A stretch of 64,000 bases of DNA, taken from Octopus sinensis. Lineage: Eukaryota. Positions 50,901 to 61,128 of the stretch are shown in pieces. A program made the translations under genes and the position numbers. The notes under the pieces were generated by a model. That model was not told the DNA's origin. It did no database searches and saw only the letters and a list, made by a program, of their open reading frames with translations. Each line of letters starts with the position of its first letter. Within the stretch, counting starts at the first letter, position 1. The stretch is from assembly GCF_006345805.1 (NCBI RefSeq), contig NC_043001.1, positions 8,122,001 through 8,186,000 on the forward strand. The letters are read 5' to 3'.

Positions 50901-51690
50901 GTACGTATTTCAATGTTAGTATTATCCACCCGTGTGAGAATGAAATAAATGATTTTAATTAAGTAATACTCTACCTTAAATTGACAGGACTGTCTGGAAA
51001 CATTGGGATCTCTTGTATTAATACAATTAACGAGCATCATTTAAGGTAGTAGTACTGCCATTACTGTTGTATCGTATTTATCAAAAGATTGCTAATCATT
51101 AACAACGGCGTCGGTAACACGATCGCTATCAATTATCATCGGCACCATCAATTTTCGGTAAATCATTAGGCAAGGCACCGTCAACACAAAGTCGTCGTCG
51201 TCCGCATCACCATCGTCAACAATATCATAACGTGAATTGTCAGCTTCCTTGTCCTAATCATTTGGAAGGCAGAATGAATTAGATTGTTATAAGGAAGATA
51301 AAAAACAAAGTCTTCACGTAACCATTCCCTAGACTGGGATCGCTGACATTGACGACTTTCGATTGTGTTGTTCCTTGCTCTTTCCGTGATACTACCCGAG
51401 CTCGCACGTAATGTTGATATTGGCATATTGGGGTAGAATGTTACACGAAAAGCCGAGGTTCCCTCTGTAATTGAATGTTATCAAATGAAAATGCTGAAGA
51501 TAGATTTTTCAATTACTTGTGGCAGTATAAATAATTTAGTATTTTAGAATGCATTACATATATATATATATATATACCAGAGTAAACACGTAAATGTGAA
51601 ACAAGGTGGAAAATAGAGTACACAAATACCAGTGGTAGAGTAATATGCTTTATTTAAAGAATACACATATCGGTTCCATTCTAGCAAAAA

Positions 51691-51728
51691 CTGTCCGACG
51701 AACGGCAACGGGAAACTCAGAGTAACAG
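51691..51728 (+). ncRNA. Minimal type I hammerhead-like motif (U4C, weak stem II)
   Basis: CUGU CCGACGA A CG GCAA CG G GAA ACUC A GAGU A ACAG; an outer 17-bp inverted repeat (about 51644-51660 and 51750-51766) could extend stem I. Confidence 0.5.
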
Positions 51729-51865
51729 GTTTTGTTGAATTTTCTGCTGCTTTAAATAAAGTATATATATATATATATATATATATAAATTATATATTAA
51801 GACAACAAAATGAGGAAATAGACCTAGATATTACGTAAATAAAACAATTTATCTGTAATATAATA

Positions 51866-51979
51866 TGTGACAATTATTCGGTTGCCATAATAAGACTCCG
51901 AGTTTCGGATGTCGGGACAGAAACCTGGTCCGGCATCTTCAGTTATCGAGGCAATTATGGCAACCGATTAATTGTCACA
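51866..51979 (-). ncRNA. Type I hammerhead-like motif closed by a 26-bp inverted repeat
   Basis: CUGAAGA (51942-36), hairpin, GAA ACUC G GAGU C (GUC triplet, C at 51894); arms 51866-51891 and 51954-51979 with one mismatch. Confidence 0.55.
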
Positions 51980-52231
51980 CATACACACACATACACACAC
52001 ATATATCTATATATATATATAAATGAAAATGGAAAACAAAACGAAGGCAGGATGAGTATCCGAGGTCAACATTTTCTTTAATTTATAACTGCTGACAGAA
52101 AGGTATGCTCCGGAACACTTGCTCCAGCCTAAGCTGAAAACTCGGAAGGTAACGGATAACCAATTATAGCACTTATACAGTGCACGTATTGGTTTAATTC
52201 GTCAGCGAACTAAACCACACATATTATATAC

Positions 52232-52294
<63 letters not shown>

Positions 52295-52297
<3 letters not shown>

Positions 52298-52498
52298 CCT
52301 CGTGTGTGCCGTTGGCGATTTTTTTCCTTTGTCTTCCCTTCTCGGGATCTTTCCTTCTCCTATGTTTCCGACGAAGAGCTCCGCTCGAAACTTTAAATCC
52401 TCCTTCTCCCCTTCTTTCCTGAGCGTCCAATAATACTATATTTGTTCCACGTCCTCGCGTTGTTGTGTTTTTTTTGTGTTTTCTTGTTTGGATTAACT
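52295..52498 (+). mobile_element. Penelope-LTR-like repeat in (TA)n with a hammerhead motif (52364-52398)
   Basis: GUUU CCGACGA A GAGC UCC GCUC GAA ACUU U AAAU (U4C; stem III G to U). Confidence 0.75.
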
Positions 52499-52499
52499 T

Positions 52500-52579
<80 letters not shown>

Positions 52580-53282
52580 ATATGTTAGAGTTATGTAACA
52601 TCCAAAAACGAACGAAATCTGGATTCCTTTACAATTCTTCTAAATATTCATGTTGTGGATGTGTATTTAACTCAATCTGCTTTGAACATGCATATCATGC
52701 CTAAAGGTGTATATATTGTCGTTTGCAAGGGAATACTTATTCTAAAGAAAAGGCTATCGAAACAGAGGTTTAGGAATCCTACACTGAAACGTATTTAGAA
52801 TTCCAGCCAAAACTTTGTATTAAAATGTCAGCTATTGTGTTTAGAATACTGACTTTGAAATGTTAACGCTGTATTTAAAATGACAGTTTAAAATGTATTT
52901 AGAACCTGATCATAGAATTTTGTATTTACAATATAACTATGAAACTGTATTCTGAATGTAAACAGCAGAATTTGTATTTGAAATGCAAGCAGAACACTTT
53001 CTACTCGAAATACAAGCAGAACAATTTCTATTTGAAATGATGGTTGTAAATGTAATATTCAAAATGTTAACATGAAATAGTAAATTCATAATTATAAACA
53101 GTAAAGTTTGTATATAAAATCCCATTGAAAGAGGCTGCGAGTAGGTTACGTTGCATGTGTGTTTGGCATGCCCCCCACACACATATATAGATACATGAAT
53201 GTATATATATATATATATGTGTGTGTGTGTATGTATGTGTGTGTGTGTATGTATGTATGTATGTATGTATGTATGTATACAT

Positions 53283-53450
53283 ATCTTGAATCCAAACAAA
53301 GAAGGACACACAAGAAAAAAACATCGATACGAGGACATGGTAGAGGTACAGTATTATCAGACGTTCAGGAAAGGAATGAATGAAGAAAGACCAAAAGAAG
53401 GGAAGACGGAGGAAGAAAATCGTGAACGATACACGCGTGGTTACATTTTG
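53283..53450 (-). mobile_element. Same LTR family as 7808/52295 with the hammerhead segment missing
   Basis: Colinear on both sides of a ~45-50-bp gap that corresponds to the hammerhead. Confidence 0.6.
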
Positions 53451-53866
53451 AAGTATACATAAATACATACATACATATATATATAAATAAATGTTTTACC
53501 TTTGTCTCTCTACCTCGCCCTCCTCTCTCTTTCTCTCTCTTTCCCTCTCTCTATCGTAAGCACAATCAAACACACAGACACAAACCTGTCACTTCACCAC
53601 TGTTTGTTTTTGGCATCTACCCAACCACACACACAATCACGCACACACATACACACACATAGACACGAATGCAGTTATATACATACACACACATAGGCAC
53701 TCAATCACAAAAGCAAACAACAACAAATCACCATTCATATGACTTGCACCCTATCACCTACCTATTCTTAGATCTCTCCCCTCCAACCTTGTTTTTCTGA
53801 CGTGAATTTGCTACCCAGGTATCGGTTAACCGAATTATCCATACTAAGATAATTCATTCAACTACT

Positions 53867-53958
<92 letters not shown>

Positions 53959-56499
53959 GTATGTATATATAGATGCATAAATCTTGCATACACATACATA
54001 TATGTGTATATATATGAGTAGGGGTGCGAAGGTGCATTAACCTCACTTGCTGCCTGTTTTATCCTTTTCAATTCTAATTCTGCGAACTGTACCTTGTATT
54101 ATTCATGGTTTCAAAAATTTTGTTCCGTTTGAAAGAGATGTATAACCGGAATTCTTATTGTAACTTATGAAATGAGTGTCCGTATCACTAGCGGTTGTGC
54201 GAGGTCTACCGACATTAGTTGCAAGTTCATTGACACTGGTATTTTTGAACAGCATCAGTAGAGTCGAGAATTGACACTTCCACGCTTCGCCAGTAGTTGA
54301 TCATATTTTCATGCATAATAAATGACCAGTGATTTCACTTCGAATGGAAACCGACAGTTGTGAACAGGGATCTCATCCTTAGAGATGAGACTGAAGCTGC
54401 AACAAAATGTGTATCGTTTACTAAGGCCTCCAAATGTTAAACTTTATCTTAAATGTTCGATTTAAAGCAACTGCTTCGGTATATACATTATTTTAACTAA
54501 GATTTAGCATTTAAAAAGCCGCTTTTTCATATATATATATATATATATATACATATATTTTGAATACCAATCTAAATGCTGTACTAAGAATGCCAGATTG
54601 AATATATGAAGAACGCAAATATAAAAAATATAAATGGTTTTCTTTTCTACAGGACCAATTTAAAATGTTCTTGTTTGAATGCTAGTTTATGTTAGCATTT
54701 AGAATAGGCTAAATCACTGTATATAGAAAGATTGTCCAAGACTGAATCTGGATTGTTCGCCCTCAAATTGATATTACTTTTTAAAGGCAATGAAATTAAG
54801 TTTTTTTTTTTACGTTTTTCTTGGCTGAATGTAATTTTAGTGCAAGTGACATTCTCTGCTTCTCCTTACATTACTTACCGTATGCTGACAATTACGGCTA
54901 TTAACCATGCTAGGCTCACTTAATTCATGATTTGGAAATAGGCTCCATTTTGCTTGCAGAATAACTAACTATAATTGCTGAGCATTCATATATGTTTCAA
55001 AGATCAAATATGTGTATGACACAACAGATCGTTATTTTATTTCAATAACGTTTTATTTAAAAAAACTATAGACTGTCCACTTACAGGTTCGGCAAAAGTC
55101 ATGGAAAAATAGATCTTGATATTGAAATATATTATCATCGCAAATTAAGTTCTATAAAAACAACTTTATTACAGTGGAATGGGTGTTTTCATAATCAGAA
55201 ATATTCTAATAAAAGCCAGCCCCTGTGGTGTTTTCTGTAGGCGAATCAAATTATTGAATAAATAAACGATGAATTAAATCATGTCGTGAGGACATTCGTG
55301 ACTAATTTTAATTCTGTCACATAATTGTTGATTTACATTTTAGAATTTGACAAGAGGAACAGAATTTCTGCTATGTTTGCTTACCGTTGCTCCTTATTCA
55401 TGTACACCCCATGGACAAATATATTTGACACGTTAGTATTACCAGGGTGTTATGCTAATTGAAAAAATTGTGAGTTGCTTTAAAGGTTTGTGAAATTCTC
55501 CTCGTAGTGTCAGTCCACCTATACAAATACTTCAAATAGGAAGCCTCCGTTAATTTGATCACTAGTCTGAACTCGGGAACTAAACTAAGTTCCGCCTATT
55601 CTTATATATTCGTTCTCTTTAAAGACTCATGTTTACATCTGCAATATATAAGGAACGATTCTGGATTTCCAACTGCACACTCAATAAAGATTTATTTCCA
55701 CAATATTGGTTACGATAAAGAATGATAGCTGGCAACATTAAAAAACAGATTAAGTTTAATAGGAAGAACAAGAAGGCAGACAATTACACATTTCATAAAA
55801 GTATTTGCTTACAGCTGACGCTTAACTAATGTATTTTTCTGTTTCCCTTTTATTTTTCAAAAAAAAAAAAAAAGAGTTATGATTTATTAATTTTCTTTAT
55901 AAACTGAGAGAAGTGATTTACCATTATGTGTCATCACAAGATGCGTTTTGCCTTGACGTCAGCAAAATAATTCCTATCAAGGAAATATGAGTTAGTTTTT
56001 CAGTAATTGCATTCAAAGGTGCGTATATGTTTCTCTCGAACGCTTGTCCATATGTGGCCCACTAAACCAGGAATAAATGATAACAAACTACACCGATGCT
56101 CTTTTTTGTCGCATCTAGGCCTCAAATCACATCTCATTTATCATGCATAAGTTCAGAATTATGTCACCCTACACTATTACCGCCTCATTTTTGTATATGA
56201 GATTTTCTGGGATAATTTGTTTCTGTGTTAAGACGGTAGTAACTGATATAATGATGATTAACGACTATAATTTTTGTGTGGAATAAATGTATATAGGTCC
56301 CCTACTTGGTGATTTACACACACACATATATATATATATATACGTAAGTATATACATGTACATATATATGTGTGTGTGTGAGTGTGAGTGTTTAAATATA
56401 GGTATATACATCAACATAGACACACATATATATTGGTTCAATTCATCATATATATAGTGCAAAGTTTTAAACGTATGTTAAAGGTAATGTTGGTTTCAA

Positions 56500-56700
56500 A
56501 TTGTGCCAGAGGTCTAGGAATTTCGAGGGAGGGTACAATTCGGTTACGACGATCTCAACGCTTAGTTGATACTCATCATTTCAACCCCAGAACGATGAAA
56601 GACAAAGTCGGCCTCAACGGAATTTGAACTCATAATGTAAAGGCTGACAAAAAGACGCTTAAACTTTCACCCGTCATACTAACGATTCTTCTAGATTGTA
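56500..56700 (-). mobile_element. Degenerate SINE family A (alternative tail)
   Basis: tttcaaccccagaacgatgaaagacaaagtcggcctcaacggaatttgaactc...catactaacgattct. Confidence 0.65.
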
Positions 56701-56723
56701 GCCTGAATATTAAAGGTAATATT

Positions 56724-57031
56724 TTTTTAATTATGCGCCCCTTTCAAACCTAGCCAGGGTCATGTGCCCGGTTCCCCGGTTTCTATGGCGTATGTTCCGC
56801 CCTAGCTTGACGGGACGCCAGTCTATCACAGCGTTACTCAAGAAACAGGAAGAAAGAACGAGGGGAGTTGGGACGAAAGAGTACAACAAGGGTGCCATCA
56901 CTACATGCCGGATCCTCGTGGAGCTTTACATTTTTTCGTTCAATAAACGCACACAATACCTAGTCTGGGAATCGAAAGCACGATCTTGCGACCGTGAGTC
57001 CACTGCACTAACCACTGCGCCATTGCGCATC
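56724..57031 (-). mobile_element. Chimeric SINE (family B head/body plus family C tail) with a 13-bp TSD
   Basis: TSD TAAAGGTAATATT at 56711-56723 and 57032-57044. Confidence 0.85.
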
Positions 57032-58062
57032 TAAAGGTAATATTGCCATATAATATAATTTATCCCGTGTAACTCGTTGTACCTCAAGCTACCTCATGTC
57101 TATTCAATCCTACAACTATCTTTACAGAATTATGTTCGCAAAATTTTCGTTTTGAATGTAAATTTTCTGATTTCAGGGCCATTACTATTATATTCTATGT
57201 GGAAACAAGAAAGGAATTTTCCAAATTCCATATAAATTAAGACATTTAGTTTCCATATATCTCAGATTAAAGCGAAACAGGAATTTTCTGAGAAACCTAA
57301 TAAGTATGGTAATGAATATAATTTTAATTGGTATTGCACTTAATTACTAAAACATTCCGTGTTAATTTTTCCGATCAGTCATTTAATTTCATGTAGACAC
57401 TATGAGATAATTTCTAATAACAATAAAGAATATTTTTATTTGAATTACATCTTAAATAAGCATAAGCAGATAAACTAATTGATGAACTTACAACATCCAC
57501 ACGCGTATGTAGTTATTCATAAATACTCATATTTATATATATATAAGCAATAATAAATCTCTGAACGAGGTATATATATATAATGTAACGTATATATGCA
57601 TCAATGTGTATATATATTCTCTAAACTATTGTTGTTAGAGATTAATTCTTTGTAATTTCAATACTGTTACCTAACGATTCGTTTATTCCATAGTTTCTGT
57701 CTTTGTGAGCTTAAATCGTGTTGCAAACACTGAGATGTTTTCAGATTTCAGGTAAGAAATGTCTCAATAATAATTTTGCATCATTAGTTTCACATTTCTA
57801 CCATTCGTCATGAGAACATACACACGTATATGCACATACATATACATATATGTGCATATTTGTATCATTTCTCAGCGAGTCTGAGAGAAAAGTTAGTTTA
57901 TTCTAAATATAATCTGTGCAGTGAAATAATTTCTAGATACCATTATGGCATTATAGACAAATTGTTATGTTTTGTAATTCAGTGAATGAAACCAATAATA
58001 TGAGAATGTTGCGTAAGTTTATTTAGAACATTGCATAAAATTCTACGCTACTATTCGTTACA

Positions 58063-58441
58063 TCTCTCTCTATATAAAGCTGAAGTTGTCTGTGTATGGC
58101 AGTTTTTTGTAGCCTTCAACTAACACTATCTCCTTCGAGACCCTGCTGAGCAAGTTGACCAAAATTGAGAGTATGATAGAAGAAGGCTTGCACTTTCTTC
58201 CGTAGAAGAAAACATTCAAATCAAACCATGTTAAAAACAAAAATTATTTACATCATAAAGGTGCTCTTTTCTATGAAAATCCCTATTTTTTACGATTTTT
58301 TTTACTGCTTTGTCGCCATTTGTCGGTGTATTTCAACTAGAAAAGTTTTCACTTAAAGAGAATAACAGAATTTCTATTTTTGAAAAATTCCAATTCTAAA
58401 GAGTCGAAACCAACCCGAGCAACGCCGGGCGATACTGCTAG
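58063..58441 (+). mobile_element. Non-autonomous Helitron, body type 2
   Basis: A|TC start at 58062/58063, hairpin CCCGAGCAACGCCGGG, CTAG|T end. Confidence 0.8.
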
Positions 58442-59719
58442 TATCAATATTATTCGAAGCAATCAGTAAAAGATTGTCTTAAGCAAATGTTTTACTACAT
58501 GTGACATTCGTCTATTTAAATAATGACATACTATACGTACACTGCGAACAAGAATCGTTTGCTTTTCTAAACGAATCTCTTCCTGACGTAATTTGCAAGA
58601 ACTCCCACAAAACCGTTAACATCTGTGTACAGATGACTTATGCGATCCTCCTGAGCTATTACCGTCGTATGGAATGGCCATATGATTTAATGTTTTACTA
58701 TACTTCTCAATAACGTTCTGGGACACGTCCTTTCCTGACTCCAATTCTTAAAGTCACTGAAAATAACACTCCAGGCGAGTCAGACGGCCTCCCTCACACA
58801 AATTTCAATGGTGGATATTGATATTTTGTTGTCTTTCATGTTATCCGCACTGTGCTTTCGATTCATCAAGAAGCCAAACCAATTACTTGTCTGTGACATA
58901 TAATCGCTTGTGCTACACAATATCAAACCAGCAAATAATGTACAACAGTATAACAAAACTATCTGTTATCAATCTTTAAGTTCGCCTGATATTTACACAT
59001 ACCCAAATGTGGTGAATACTGTTGGTGTCAGACGGTATCTAGAGTCATCGATGTTAACACTCGGAACGTATTTGGTATCAATTTGCATTTCAACAATGAT
59101 ATTGATATAAATACTGCTTCTTGAAAACCAACTTGGAAGCCAAGACCTAGCATCGACTGAAAACGTCTTTAATTTTAAGATCACATCTATTCGATAACGT
59201 AATCTCACACCGTAATATACAAAAGAGCCAAGTTCACAGGCAAATAATAAAATCGTTTAAGTTTCGCGAAAGATGTTCCCAGAATGTATTATCAGCTTGA
59301 TCACGTAGGATACAAAACCTCACAACGTACCCAAAATGAAAAATGTGCATGCATATTATCATCAAGCTACACTGCCAATTCAATGAAGAAGGCGACGGGT
59401 TTGGTCAACCTTGTGAAAACAACCCAAGTATAAATTATTATTTCAGGGATATATTTTTTTCGTATTAGAAGAATTGATAAGAGCGACATACTGCATATAT
59501 AATGGTGCAATACACTAGAAAAAGCTCAAATTGTAACAACGTGGCTCCACATGGAAACCCTCTGCGTTGTACCGTGAGGAAGTTCCACCTACTATAACCC
59601 CGGATCAATTCCATGTGCGTATGTCTGTGTGTGTGTCTGTGTGTGTATTCTCCCTATTTGTTTACTCATATATATATATATATGTGGTGTGTGTGTATGT
59701 ATATGTATATATGTACATG

Positions 59720-59785
<66 letters not shown>

Positions 59786-59789
<4 letters not shown>

Positions 59790-60372
59790 ATATGTATGGA
59801 GGCTGCCCCCTCGTTATCGAGTATGGCCATTGCGCGAAGCTTAATCAATGTTGTTATCGTGCAATGCCTGTGCAAGAAGACTGTTTTTAAAGTGAGGAGA
59901 GGCTGTGCACTGAGTCAATCCCACTCAATAAGCAACAGCAGTCATAATCCGAAAAGAAGAACAAGTCAACATCATCGGTAACCACTGAGCCGCAGGTTTT
60001 ATTTCGGAGTTATCCCAGTTACCTGAGTTACTTTCTCCTAGAAGTATGCCCTAACAAAGGCTAGGAGTCCTTCACTCACAATGGTTTAACTGCGCGATCG
60101 AGTATTCAGTCTGATTATTTCTATGTCCCCGCGCATGATGCAGCCTCAAGCCTTAAGAGAAAAAAAATAAATACACATTTATTGGATGGCCGTTGACTCT
60201 CAAGAGTTCCTCCGCCCTTTGGCGGGTTTTCTTTTTCATCCCGCAGGATGTCCAATAAACACTCTCCTCACAAAGCAAGCTTGGTGGGGTTGCCGGTTTA
60301 GTCGCCGACGACCCGACCATGCAACAGGTTGTACTGGGTTACATGTTACCAGTAGCCCTCGAGAGTGACCTG
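59786..60372 (+). mobile_element. GC-richer non-coding block between (TA)n tracts, possibly a LINE (RTE-like) 5'UTR remnant
   Basis: Abrupt composition shift, CpG-rich, microsatellite-bounded; classification is only an impression. Confidence 0.3.
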
Positions 60373-60374
60373 AC

Positions 60375-61128
60375 ATATATATGTATACATAAATGCATAC
60401 ATACATACATATATATATATATATTTACATATGCATATATATTTGAAAATAATATATATATATATACATAAATGCATACATACATACATATATATATATT
60501 TACATATGCATATATATTTGAAAATATATATATATATACATAATGCATACATACATACATATATATATATATTTACATATGCATATATATTGAAAATAAT
60601 ATATATATTACATAAATGCATACATACAACATATATATATATATTACATATGCATATATATTTGAAAATAATATATATATATACATAAATGCATACATAC
60701 ATACATATATATATATATTTACATATGCATATATATTTGAAAATAATATATATATATACATAAATGCATACATACATACATATATATATATATTTACATA
60801 TGCATATATATTTGAAAATAATATATATATATACATAAATGCATACATACATACATATATATATATATTTACATATGCATATATATTTGAAAATAATATA
60901 TATATATACATAAATGCATACATACATACATACATATATATATATATTTGCATATGCATATATATTTGAAAATAATATATATATATACATAAATGCATAC
61001 ATACATACATATATATATATATTTACACATGCATATATATTTGAAAATAATATATATATATACATACATGCATACATACATACATATATATATATATATA
61101 TTTGAAGATAATATATATATGCATACAT
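60375..61128. repeat. ~75-bp minisatellite (about 10 copies) built from TA/CATA microsatellites
   Basis: Marker TTGAAAAT recurs at 60445, 60520, 60592, 60664, 60739, 60814, 60889, 60968 and 61043, with a variant at 61104. Confidence 0.9.

Noticed and set aside
55954-55961. Second TGACGTCA site
   Set aside because: An isolated 8-mer; about one is expected by chance in a window of this size.
57693-57750. Small exon or microexon ending TTTCAG|GTAAG (similar signal at 34835)
   Set aside because: Good donors, but the acceptors are ambiguous and there is no coherent gene model; cannot be supported without RNA data.
59786-59845. HDV-like ribozyme (CCCUCGU...GG...CGAA-GCUU) at a possible LINE 5' end
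   Set aside because: I could assign a plausible P2 and J4/2 but no P3 or P1 pairing; there is no convincing fold.
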